64,000 bases of DNA from assembly GCA_030390025.1 (NCBI GenBank), contig CM059432.1, positions 99,698,001 through 99,762,000 on the forward strand, written 5' to 3'. Each line of letters opens with the position of its first letter. Within the stretch, counting starts at the first letter, position 1. Positions 9,745 through 23,021 of this stretch are shown one piece after another. Source of the DNA: Squalus acanthias (taxonomy: Eukaryota). The translations under genes and the position numbers were made by a program. The notes under the pieces were generated by a model, which made no database searches, was not told the DNA's origin, and worked only from the letters and a program-made list of their open reading frames with translations.

Positions 9745-12700
9745 GGCCAGAATATTGCGGGGTCGGTGTGGGCGCGATCGGTGAAATTTCTTGGAGCGGG
9801 TCGGGAACCCACCGTCATCCTGCCCCCACGCGCCTTTCCCTCGGGCACGTCTGTCAGCGCGGCAGCGACCCAACTGCCAGAGGCGGGCGACCCAATTTAA
9901 AGGATTATTAGCTTGTTGTCAGACCCTGAGGAGTCTTTTTAACCTTACCTTTCCAATTTCACTGGATGCCCACGGGACTCACGCAGCTGGGGAACCACGT
10001 CTGTCAACCTGAGGCGGGAGCTCAGTGACCATTGATCCAGCTGATTAGTTCACAGCATCAATTGCAGTATAAAGGCTCCCACCTGACAGCTGATCACGTT
10101 CCTCAGGCAGAAGCTGTTGCTGACTGCATTCCCAGCACAGATTGAGCAGTCTACAGGCTGCAAGTCTTTCCAGCAAAGTCTCCATCCAGTGTCACCTCAT
10201 TGGAAGGACATTCTCATCATTGGCAGATTGTTTCTGTCATCTCTACTTGACCCGCCATCTAGTCCATCTGCATGGGAGCCATTTATACTGTCTCAACTTG
10301 GTCCTCAGAATCAGACCACAATGAGCCCCAACACAAGCAGCACCAGGCACACCAGCTGTAAGGGTTTGGACGTGTCTCTCAGAGACGGTGCTGGTGCGAG
10401 GTTAGGCCTTTGTTGCCTAATACTATTGCTTGCTCTGGTCTCCGGCCAGCCTTATTGCAATAAGCACCTGTGAGTGGTTCGACCCACTCGCCCTTACGGT
10501 TCTAACACTGGACTTAGGTGCAGGGAGCAGTAATGCAGAGAAAACTCAAATAGACCCGGTTGAATAGTACGAAACGGAAATCTTTATTGCATAGCGTCCA
10601 AAATCATGAAGTACATGTCATAGGCGCAAATTAATGAGAGTACAAGTATACATACATTCATAAAGCTTGGTCTATGGAAATGAAGAACGCACGGCACATC
10701 GTAAAAAGGGGAACACATTATACTTTAACCTTAATAACCACCCTCCCTTAACAATACCTACACTACGTCTAGATTTATAGGATCGGAAAACATGCTCACC
10801 ACTCGTTTAATTTCGGAGGTTTTAAAGTGAGGCACTCGGCTCGTTTCGCTGCAGCGCCTGACTGTCACGTGTTTGGAAGGGTCTCTGCACCCCACTTGTT
10901 TACTTTCACTGCTGCGAAAAACAGGTCAGACTCCCTGTTGTCATGAAGAACTCGACAGAACTCGGAACGTTTGTAAAATTCAAAGAAGAGTCTTCCTGTG
11001 TTCGACACCTGTTGTCGGTAGACTTCAATGAAAAGTTCTTTATTTATATTTTCGGGCGCGGTCGGGGTTTACTGACCGTGGCGGCACGTGGATTCTTCTC
11101 CTCTTCTTCTTGTCTCGTCTCGTCTCTTCGGGCCTCCGGGTCCAGACACCGTTTACCGACACTCGGGATGGTGTACCCTGTTACTTGCCCTTGTCGGGGC
11201 GGCTCATTCCGATTGAGCTCCACCCAACACTTGAATAACCGACCAGTACGGCTAAGAGTCAAGAGTCAACAAAGTCCAGCCCTAAAGAAAAGCTTCAGCC
11301 AGCGATCGAGCGAGTCAAAAAGAGACCGATGGACATTTGTTCACTATAGTTATAGTGATGTGTCCTCTTATCTCCCGCTCAAATCTTAATGTTTGTCCTT
11401 TGTGTAATATTGGCGCTCAAAACTCCCAGCATGGGGCGATTCTTCTCTTTAACGGGTTTCGGTAGCACCTGAAACTGGCCAACTATCCGTTAATGTTGAC
11501 CCAGCCAGGATGTGTACAAATCGTCTCCCTGACTGGTTTTGGGGGCCCCCGAATACTTGCTTAATCACCCGTCAATGTCTCTCTCATTGTAGAGCCGGGG
11601 GGGTATTTGTGTATTGATGTGTCTGGATGGGCCTTCGATTGCCCAGTACAATGGTCCTTACTTGTGCATGGAAAATGATTCCAGCACTTATATCTTAGCT
11701 ATTGTTCCAAATGCAAACGGGTTGCATCCTGTCTTTATCAATGTTTACCGAGTATGATCCAATCTTATATTGAATGTTTATTCGACGCCATCCTGTCTGC
11801 CCACTGTATTTCTGGAAGCTTCTGCCACGATGCGCGGTGGCCATTTTACAGGCTTCTGTGTCCTTTATTTTCAGGACAGCATTTTGTTTAATAAAACTGA
11901 TCAAACGAATCTGCTTCTCTTATGTTATTTCGAATCGCGATAATTGTGAAACTTTACACAGCAGCAGCAACAACAACACCAACAACCTTCTCCTCAACAA
12001 CCTGATGCTGCACAGGACAGAGGGCATCAGTGCAGGGCTGCATCATGCCAGATGCGATACCTGCAAGACAGAGTAAACAGGCAGAGGATGAGCTTCCTCA
12101 ACATGACTGAGCAGCAGTGCCAAAGGAGGCTCAGGCTATCGCGCCAGGTCGTTGCAGACATTTGCACATTGCTGGAACAAGACCTGTAGCCCAGAGGAGC
12201 GGGTGGACACCCCTTACCAGTGGCTGTCAAAGTCACCAGCGCCCTCAACTTCTTTGCCTCAGGCTCCTTCTGGGGATCTGCAGCAGACTTTTGTGGCATC
12301 TCGCTGTCGGCTGCCCACAGATGCATCACACAGGTCACCAATGCCATGTTTGACAAGTCAGCCAATTATATCAACTTTGCCACTGATGAAGCCTGTGTTA
12401 CTGAGCGGGCGCTTGGATTTGCCACTCTGGCTGGCTTCCCACGGGTGCAGGGCATCATTGACTGTACACATGTGGCCATCAGGGCACCCCATCATAACCC
12501 AGGAGTGTTTGTCAACTGCATGGGCTTCCACTCCCTCAATGTGCAGCTGGTCTGCAACCATAGGAAGATCATCATGCATGTGTGCATCAAATTTCCTGGC
12601 AGCTGCCATGACTCTTTTGTCATGTACCAGTCCTCCCTCCCTTAGCTCATTGCACCTCCAAACAGACTTTCTGGCTGGCTGCTTGGAGACAAGGGGTATT

Positions 12701-15470
12701 CACTGAAGACATGGTTCATGACACCCTTAAGGAGACCAAGTACTGAGGCCGAGGAGAGAATTGTCGTGGTCTGTGCGCCCTGCACAAAATAGCGCCGCAG
12801 CAAGGATTAGCGCTGCATGAGGAGCAAGGCACTGAGCGCACAGCCTCTTCAGAGGATGAGGAGTAGGAGGACGAGGAGGAGCATCAGCTGGAAGATGAGG
12901 AGCAGCAGGAGCTGGAGGAACCTGCGATGCAGATGGCACCTGCACTCGAGCACATTGCTGCCCGGGAAGCCAAGGATGGCCTCATCACGATCAGATTTAC
13001 TTAACTTTTTGCAGTACACCCATATGGCTGTCACATGCTTCATCAGATTGGCAACCCCACAGCCACACCATAAAGCATCCCTACAATGACCAATCCATTC
13101 CTTTCACAGTCACCACCATTGCTGGAGGTAACGTTATGTCTGACCCTTCACTCCAACTCGCTAAGCCACTTCCAAAGGTGCACACAATTTTTTCCAAGAC
13201 CGGAAAGTTTTGAAAATGAAGAAATTTATGGTTCACATGACATTAACTGAAACATTACATTAACATTGAATAAAACACCCAAGTGGCTACCCTTGTGAAT
13301 CTACTTGTGTGGCATTTTTCTCTTCCGCGTGCTTCCACGTGGTGCTACCCTTGTGGCTTCAACAGAGGTAGAGGCAGCCTGCGCACTTCCCTGCTGCGAC
13401 TGCTTAGACACTTTTGGCGGTCATCCTCTGGGATTTGGAGCCTGTAATGGCCCTGCCAAAGTCTGCTCCTCCTGCGACTGTGCAGGGACAGACTCGGCCA
13501 TCGCTGTCCGGGGAGGCATCTATGGCTCTGACTGAAGGGGTGGCAATGGGGGAGAAGTGTGAACACTTTGAGAGGAGCCCCCACTTCCATGTCCCCTCTC
13601 ACCATCATCCCTATCATGGGTCACCCGCACTTCCCTGCTAGCAAGGAGCTGGAGAGCACTTTGCTGCACATCAGTCGGGCCACGAGGACCCACGTCTATA
13701 CTGACATCCCTCCTAGAGAGGAGGCCTATGAGCCTCTGCCATCTATCCTCCATAGATAGCCATCTATTCTCCATAGAGACCATGTGCTCCTGTGAGTGAC
13801 GCATTAGCTGCTCTATGTAGGTGGCCACCCTATCCATGGAGGAACCATCGATCGCCTGTGACATGGTGGTGCTCATGTTGGAGATGGACTAATCCATTCT
13901 CTGAACATTTGCAGACATTGCGGTCACAAAACCTGTCAAAGCTTCCTGCACTTGTTCCTGCAGCTCCAGGATCGCCCTCCTTCTGGATGGTCCCCGAGGC
14001 TCAGCATCTGCATGCAGCTGAGCAGAGCTGGAGAATCCTGCGCCCTCCGACGAGGAGTCTCCACTGCTGTCCCTGTCTCCACCATCTGCTCTTGCTCAGT
14101 TGTGATTTGTGAGATACCAGGTGACAACACTACTCAATCTCGCGAGGGACCCACCGAGGTGTGCGTCTCTGCGCTGGTGGTGGGTCCGCTTCTTTCTGGT
14201 GATGGTACTCCCTCAGAGGCTGGAGGCTCCTCTGAGGAGTCATCTTCCTCTTCTTCCTGGACATTGGGGGTGGGGCTCTTGATGGACCTGTGGGAGAGTA
14301 AAAAGATGAGTTAGATATGTCATATGTAGATTGGGTACAGATACTATTATGCACATGATGACCATTCAATGGCTGCTGACATCAGTCCCCATGAGTGACT
14401 GATGTATGCCATGTAGCTGTATGAAATGTAATTCAGTTACCAGGTTGCTGAGATGTCCCACTCTCTCCGTCTCCCACCTCCAGGTGCTTGGCGACTCCCG
14501 ACAGCTCTAATGCAGCCTCCTCTGCTTTTGTGAGGGTAGCCATTGATGGTGTCAGTTCTCTCCCTCTCCCTCTTATTGTGGGCTCATTTTTCCTGCAAGG
14601 AGGGAAAGAAGAGAAGGTTGAATTAGAGTGATGGAATGAGTGTAAGGAATGGGTGGGTTACATCTGTAGAGGGTGACTATGATGGAGTGGGGTGACAATT
14701 CCAAGTGGCCTCCTTGAGTGTTGTTAGTTGGCATGATTACACTAGGATGAGGGAGAGTGTGCGGGGTGGCTAGTAAGATGGGGATGTGATAATGTAGATA
14801 GAGAGAGAGGTATGGGTGGCGGTGCAAGGTATGTTGGTATGAGTAAGGATGTGCAGGAGTAGGGTTGGGAAGGCAGAGTGATGGGGATGTGATGAGAGGT
14901 ACAGCAGGATGAAGGTGAGTGTGGCTTTGGACTCACCTTTCCTGATCTAACAAGATCATTGGAATGTTTGCGGCACTGCACCCTGGTCCTCCTGACGGCT
15001 TCTCTGCTATTGGCCTCCTCTGCAATTTGGAGCCATGCTGTCTTGGTCTGCTGGGGAGGTCTCTTCCGGCCATCAGCAGGGAAGAGGACCTCCCTGCATG
15101 CTCTGACTCCCTCCACAAGCATATGGAGGGAGTCATCAGAGAACCTGGTTGCAGCCCTCTGTCTCTGTGCAGTCATCTTTGCTGATCTGGGCAGCAGTGG
15201 AATTGTGCAGTGCAGTGACTGCACACTCCTAGATGAACCTTCAAATGCAATGTGGCCATGACTCCTTTAAATATCCTGGCTGAAAATTCATCATTGATGA
15301 TGTCACCAGACCCGCACCATTTAATTGGGCTGGGTAACGCGCAGGGCTGGTTTAATAGGTCCTATTGACGTAAAGTCGTTTTGTGGACCGGGATGGAACC
15401 AGCAACAGGCTCACAATCTGCCATGGCGACCGCCCGCACTGGACCTGCCCTGGTAGGGAAAATTCCGGCC
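9745..15470 (+). mobile_element. Degenerate full-length Harbinger (second family) interrupted by a solo LTR
   Basis: TIRs GGCCAGAATATT / GAAAATTCCGGCC, flanks ACT/AGT; transposase remnants ([15 protein letters not shown]) ~11960-13000 (+); Myb remnants 15176-13300 (-). Confidence 0.88.
10357..11958 (-). mobile_element. Solo LTR, 1602 bp
   Basis: TGTAAG...TTTACA termini; CAGC TSD (10353-10356, 11959-11962); AATAAA on minus strand at 10583-10588; homologous to 23022-24684. Confidence 0.9.
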
Positions 15471-15904
15471 AGTGATTTTTTTAATAAATTACTGGATTAG
15501 ATGTTATTGTGTGAATGCTTAACATACTTGCATTAAATTTCTCCCTCCGGTATTTCAGCAGAGGCATTAACCCATTAAACTCAGTGATCTCAGTGTAAGG
15601 TCAGGGCAAACCTATGGCCCTTCCTTGCAGCCCCCATTTGCAAGAACCACTAAATGGCGAGTACACTTCTCAGTTTCATTATGGGGAGCAGGGTTGATTT
15701 GCATTGCACGATTGGTATGCAAACTACATGCACTCTGACTGCCTTCTGCCTGTATTGATCAGCTCTCAGAATATCAGGTGAAAAGTAGCCCTCAGACCTT
15801 TACACCCAATAATGTGAAATCCCAGCACCCAAGGTACTTAGCATTAATCGCATTATCATGGTCAATACAAAATTAAGGCTGGGGGTTGCTTTGAAAGTGC
15901 TCCA

Positions 15905-16305
15905 ACGACATCTGAGTCAGAAGATTATGGCTTCAAGCCCCACTCAAGCACTTGAGCACATAATCTAGGCTGACACATCAATGCAGTACTTAGTGAGTGT
16001 TGCACTGTTGGAGGTGCCGTCTTTTGATGAGACATTAAACTGAGGCCCCGTCAGGTGGACATAAAAGATCCCATGGCACTATTTCGAAGAAGAGCAGCAA
16101 GGTTCTCTCTGGTGTCCTGGCCAATATTTATCCCTCAACTATCATCACTAAAACAGATCATTATCTTATTGCTGTTTGTGGGACCTTGATATATGCAAAT
16201 TGGGTGCTGTGTTTCTACATTACAAAAGTACTTCATTGGCTATAAAGCACTTTGGGATGTCCTGAGGTCATGAAAGGCACAATATAAATGTAAGTCTTTC
16301 TTTCT
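15905..16305 (+). mobile_element. DeuSINE (SacSINE/AmnSINE-like)
   Basis: Decayed tRNA-like head, Deu-domain ATAAAAGATCCCATGGCACTATTTCGAAGAAGAG, L2-type tail AAAGCACTTTGGGATGTCCTGAGG..TATAAATG. Confidence 0.75.
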
Positions 16306-19300
16306 TTTTAATGTTTCCCGCTGGGCTTGGGCGGGTGACTGATGGGGCCTATGCAGCTGAGGCCCAGAAGTTAAAATCTCCCAGGGCTCAAACTGCTGGG
16401 CAGTTAACTATCCGTCTCAGACCACACGACTCCCTCCGGGAGTTAAAACTGATCCTCTAGTATCTGATTCTCCTGGCATACTCCTGTTGAAGTTATAGTG
16501 GGAGTACATCAGAAAGGCCATGGCTTTTCAAGGTTTTGACATGAAGTCAGGTTTATCTAAAACTTACATTACTTAAGTTCTTTTAAATGAGGATGGGCAA
16601 TCAGCCCATTATAATTCATTTATCCAGAAAGATCATAAATTTCCCCAATTGCTGCATCTAAAAGAAAATTTCTACTAATATTGTAATGCTGCTAAATGTC
16701 ACCTATATAGATGGAACAGTCCAGTTGTCATCAGTCCCAATTAATTACATGCTCGCAGATAGATGGTGGCATTGGAATACCTAATCCTCAGAGACCTGAT
16801 TAACAAAGACTACGCTGATAAAAATTATGACCTTTTACAAACACGTCATTCCAATTTTTATGTGCAGAAAACAAAAGCACTGAAAGAGCAGTGGTTGCAA
16901 GGCAACTATTTTATTGTCCAGATACTGCAATTAGTATCGGTTAGATCCGAGTCATATCAAGTCAGAGTGAGAATGCACCAAAATGCCAGATACTTTCAGT
17001 CACATATGCGACAACTAGTAAAATATTAAAATGTTATGTATTGATCTGCTGTAGCATTGTAACAAAGGTGGCTTAGAACGACATAGATGTAAACCCACAT
17101 ACGCATTCCAATAAAAGCACCATTCAGACAATGTCCTGGACATACCAATTATTATGTACGATAACTTATACTTGTAAAGTGCTCCTGAGGTAGAGAAAGA
17201 TGTCTCAAGGCACATTACAATATTAGTTAAACAACAATGACTGATGTATTTTCACAAAATTAAACTACTTTGTATCACGTAAATCATAAGCACAAGGGTG
17301 TGCTTATTTATTTTCATGATTTGAATGGTTTGACTGATTGAATCCGTGGGCCAACGTGACCTATTGGACTAGTTTCAAACATATAAGGAGGTCAGAGAGG
17401 AATTTTCAATTTGTTCCCCCTCGAATTGGCCTAGGTTTTTGTATGTAAGTATTGTTTGTTTCTTCGCTTCTCATTTTCACAACAAAATATTCATTGTAAA
17501 ATTATTTTTTGGCTGCTTATATAAAATAGGTTCTAGTGGAGGCAAGTTAAAAGGTGGATTAATACAGGGGATATTTTTCCTACATCATACTCTAAGTCAA
17601 ACAGAACTTTGATATTGGCAAAGTTATTAAGATACACCGGTTTATTACAGATCTGTTAGAGCCAAAGGTTTCTGTGGAGGATACAGAAGCCCTGTTTTTA
17701 GGCTGTAAGTAACTTTGTTGTTAACTTGCTGCTGAGGAGAAAATAGCAGCCTTGGCAATAAACCTGATGTTCATACTGCATCTTCTAATATGTGCTTAAA
17801 ACAGCACTAATCATGGCTAGTCAACTAAAAATATCAATTTACCAATAAAAGGCAAATATTTATCCAAAGCTGATGAAGTGATCCATCGTGGCTTGTGGAA
17901 TGCAATGTGTTTTCTGATCCACTGTCAATATTGTCTCTTTTATTATAGTCCTTCAGCGCCATCAGGTATCTATTTTAGCCGGCTCATAATGGAGCTTTCA
18001 GATCTCAACCAGAACTACTTACATAAGAACATAAGAAATAGGAGCAGGAGTCGGCCATTCGGCCCATTGAGCCTGGTCCAACATTCAATAAGATCATGGC
18101 TGATCTTTTACCTCATCTCCACTTTCCTGCACTATCCCCATATCCCTTGATTCCCTTAATATTCAAAAATCTATCAGTCTCTGTCTTGAATATACTCAAC
18201 GACTGAGCCTCCACAGCCCTCTGGGGTACAGAATTCCAAAGATTCACCACCCACTGAGTGATGAAATTTCTCCTCATCTCAGTCCTAAATGGCTGACCCC
18301 TTATTCTGAGACCCCTGGTTCTAGACTCCTCAGCCAGGGGAAACATCCTCCCTGCATCTACCCTATCAAGCCCCTTAAGAATTTTGTATGTTTCAATGAG
18401 ATCATCTCTCATTCTTCTAAACTCTAGAGAATATAGGCCTAGTCTACTCAATCTCTCCTCATAGGACAACCCCCCATCCCAGGAACCAGTCTGGTGAATC
18501 ATTGTTGTATTCCCTATCTGGCAAGTATATCCTTCCTTAGGTAAGGAGACCAAAACTGTACACAATACTCCAGGTGTGGTCTCACCAGGGCCCTATATAA
18601 TTGCAGTAAGACATCTTTACTCTTATATTCAAATCCTCTTGTAATAAAGGCCAACATACCATTTGCTTTCCTAATTGCTGGCTGTACCTGCATGTTAACT
18701 TTCAGTGATTCGTGTACAAGGACACCCAGGTCCGTCTTAACGTCAACATTTCCCAATCTCTCACCATTTAAAAAAAATTCTGCTTTTCTGTTTTTCCTAC
18801 CAAAGTGGATAACTTCACATTTCTTCATGTTATATTCCATTTGCCATGTTCTTGCCCATTCACTTAGCCTGTCCATATCCCCTTGAAGACTCCTTGCATC
18901 CTCCTCACAACTTACATTTCCACCCAGCTTTGTATCATCAGCAAACTTGGGTATATTACATTAGGTCCCTTCATCCAAATCATTGATGTAGATTGTGAAT
19001 AGCTGAGGCCCAAGCATTGATCCTTGCGGTACCCCACTAGTTACAGCCTGCCAACCCGAAAATTACCCATTTATTCCTACTCTCTGTTTTCTGTCCGTTA
19101 ACCAATCCTCAATCCATACTAGTCTATTACCTCCAATCCCATGAGCCCTAATTTTGTTTAATAACCTCTTGGGTGGCACCTTATCGAATGCCTTCTGAAA
19201 ATCCAAATACGCCACATTCACTGGTTACCCCTTATCTATTCTGCTGTTACAACCTCGAAAAACTCGAACAGATTTGTCAAACACAATTTCCCTTTCATAA

Positions 19301-19739
19301 ATCCGTGTTGACTCTGCCCAATCCTATTATTATTTTCTAAGTGCCCTGTTATCACGTCCTTAATAATAGATTCTAGCATTTTCCCCACTACTGATGTCAG
19401 GCTAACTGGTCTGTAGTTCCCCATTTTCTCTCTCCCTCCTTTCTTAAATAGTGGGGTTACATTTGCTACCGTCCAATCCATGGAAACCATTCTAGAATCT
19501 ATGGAATTTTGGAAAATGACAACCAATGCATCCACTATCTCTACAGCCAACTCTTTCAAAACCCTAGGATGTAAGCCATCAGGTCCAGGGGATTTATCGG
19601 CTTTCAGTCCCATTAATTGCTCCAGTGCTACTTTTTTACTAATACTAATTTCTTTCAGTTCCTCATTCTCGCTAGACCCTTGGAACTTCACAATTTCCAG
19701 GGAGTTTTTTGTGTCTTCTTCCATGAAGACAGACACAAA

Positions 19740-20435
19740 GGGCTGGATTTTGCCAATGGGGTGCTTTTGGAGGCGGGACTCCCACTTGTCGGGTTTTAGT
19801 CCCGCCTCCATCGACTTCTGGCCAACCCTCTGTGAAGCTGTCAAACACTGACATTCTCTGTTGTTTGATGAGTCCTTGTATTCAAGACTCATCAAACCTG
19901 TCTGCTGAGGAGGAATCAGATGGCTGTTGCATCGGAGAATGCAGCAGCCATCTGTCATCTCTGCCGGTGAGATGCGGGAGTCTCCGGTTCCCCAACTGTT
20001 GAAGCATGCAGGAAGAAACAACGGAAAGTAAACATTTTCTATCACTTTACACTCACCTCACATACTTACCTCTCCACACTTGCACCCATCACTGACCTCT
20101 ACAGTGCTCTTTTGGACCCCGCAGACCCCCGCAGACCCACTGCTCGCCTCGCTGACCCTGGCGGGGTTTCCCGACATCGGGAAGCCCGCACTTGTAGGGG
20201 TTAAATGGGATAATCCTCTTAACTACCTGTTAACTACCTGTTAACAGGCAGTTAAGTGGCTGTAATCCCCTTCCCGCCTCGGGGAGGTGGCTCCCAGCGT
20301 GGGTCGGATACCCGTCTCCTGGGAAGATGGCACGAGGCGGGTTGGGGGTGAGATAGGCACCCACCCCCAGATTCTGCTATTTTCATTGCATCCCACCTCC
20401 AAACCCGCTTCCCCAGGGCTGGCAAAATTCCCCCC
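19740..20435. mobile_element. Harbinger-type MITE (696 bp) inside CR1-A
   Basis: TIRs GGGCTGGATTTTGCCA / TGGCAAAATTCCCCCC; AAA TSD; removing it restores CR1 sequence GACACAAAGTATTTG. Confidence 0.85.
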
Positions 20436-23021
20436 AAAGTATTTGTTTAATTTTTCTGCCATTTCCCTATTCCCCATTATAATTTCTCCTGTCTCAGCCT
20501 GTAAGGGATCCACATTTACTTTGGCTAATCTTTTCCATTTTACATTTCTATAGATGTTTTACAGTCTGTTTTTATGTCTCTTGCTAGTTTACTCTCATAT
20601 TGTATTTTTCCTTTCTTTATCAATTTCTTGGTCCTCCTTTGCTGAATTCTAAAATCCTCCCAAACCTCAGGCTTACTACTCTTTTTGGCAGCATTATAAG
20701 CCTCTTCCTTTGATCTAATACTATTTTAACTTCTCTTGTTAGCCACGGTTGGACCACTTTTCCTGTGGAGTTTTTGTGCCTTAAAGGAATGTATATTTGT
20801 TGTAACTTATGTCATAGAGTTATAGAGTCATAGAGTCACAACGGCACAGAAGGAGGACATTCAGCCCATCAAGTCCGTGCCGGCTCCCTGTAGAGCAATC
20901 CAGTTAGTCACATTCCCCCGCTCTATCCCCGTAGCCCTGTAAGTTTATTTCCCTCAAGTGCATATTCAGTCTCCCCTTGAAAACATTGAGTGTCTCCGCT
21001 TCCACCACTTCCGTCAGCAGTGATTTCAAGGTCCTCACCACTCGCTCGTAAAAAAGTTTTTCCTCACATCCCCCCTGTATCTCGTGCCCAAAAGCTTAAA
21101 TCTGTGTCCCCTAGTCCTTATACCATCAACTAGTGGGAACAGCCTTTCCCCATCTAGCCTATCCAAACCCGTCATAACCTTGTACACCTCTTTCAAATCA
21201 CCCCTCAACCTCCTTTGTTCCAATGAAAACAAATCCAGCTTCTCCAACCTGTCCTTGTAGCTAAGATCCCCCATCCCCGGAACCATTCTGGTAAATCTCC
21301 TCTTCACCCTCTCAAGTGCCTTCACATCCTTCCTAAAGTGTGGTGACCAGAACGGAATGCAGTTCTCCAGTTGTGGCCTAACCAACGTTTTATAAAGGTG
21401 CAGCATAACTTCTATACTTTTGTACTCAATACCTCTATTTATGAAACCCAAGATCACATATGCTTTGCTAACCACTCTCTCAATATGTCCCGTCACCTTC
21501 AGGGATCTATGTACATTAACTCCCAGGTCCCTCTGTCCCTGCACACTCTTCAAAACTGTGCCATTAAGTATATATTGCCTTTCCCTGTTCCTTCTGCCAA
21601 ATTGCATCACCTCACACTTCTCTGTATTAAATTCCATCTGCCACTTGTCTGCCCATTCTGCTAGCCTTTCTATGTCCTGTTGCAGTCGATTAGTATCATC
21701 CTCACTGTTTGCCACATCCCCAAGTTTGGTGTCATCGGCAAATTTAGAAATTCTACTTTGTTATCCAATATCCAGGTCATTTATATATATCAAAAAAAGC
21801 AGTGGCCCCAGCACTGACCCTTATGGAACACCACTGTCTACCATCCTCCAGTCTGAAAAACAGGCATTTACCACAACTCGCTGTTTTCTGTCCTTAAGCC
21901 AATTCCTTATCCAAGCTGCCACTGACCCACCTATTCCATGAGCCTCAATTTTGTTAACCAGCCTTCTATGTGGTACTTTGTCAAACGCCTTCCTAAAATC
22001 CATGTAGACAACATCCATTGCATTCCCTTCATCAATCCTTCCTGTTACTTCATCAAAAAATGTAATTAGATTAGTCAAACACGATCTGCCTTTTACAAAT
22101 CCATGTTGGCTCTCCTTAATTAGCTTAAACCTCTCCAAGTGCCCGTTAATTTTTTCCTTGATTATTGTTTCTAAAACTGTACCCACCACTGATGTTAAAT
22201 TGACCGACCTGCAGTTACTAGGATTGTCCTTACACCCTTTCTTGAACAATGGTGTCACATTTGCCACTTTCCAATCCTCAGGCACCTCCCCCGCATCTAG
22301 GGAAGATTGGAAAATTATGGTAAGCCCTTCTGCTATCTCCTCCCCCAATTCCCTTAGCAACCTGGGTTGCAAGCCATCTGGACCAGGTGACTTGTCCACT
22401 CTAAGCATACCCAGCCTTTCTAGTACATCCTGTCTATCAATTTTCACCGCTTCCTTTGCTTCTACCTTTTCCACTTCGACCGATATTTTGTCAGCATCCA
22501 CCTCCTTAGTAAACACCGATACAAAGTACTCATTGAGTATTCTAGCCTTGCCCTGTGCCTCTAAGCATATATCACCTTCTTTGTCTCTAATAGGCCCCAC
22601 CCCGTCTCTTACTACCTGCTTACTGTTTACATGCCGGTAGAAGTGTTTGGGTTCCCTTTTATGTTAACTGCCATCTACTCTCATATTTTCTCTTTGCCAA
22701 TCTTATATTCATCTTCACTTACCCTCTCAACTTATTGTATTTGGTCTGCTTCTCCCTTGAAGAATTCACCTGACATGCATCATACACCCTCTTTTTTTGT
22801 TTCATCATCTTCTCTATCTCCCTCGTCATCCAAGGAGCCCTAGCTTTGGTTCCCTTACCTTTCCCTCTTGTTGGAATGTACCTAGCCTGTACTTGGAACA
22901 ATGCCTCCTTAAAGATTACCCATTGTTCCGTTATGGTTTTTCCTGTCAGCCTTTGGTTCCATTTTACCATGACTAGATCCTTTTGTATCCCATTGAAGTT
23001 AGCCCTATTCCAGTTTAGAAG

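Noticed and set aside
19236..20045. 269-aa ORF with a novel-looking N-terminus
   Set aside because: Chimera of MITE sequence fused in frame to CR1 ORF2 at 19740.
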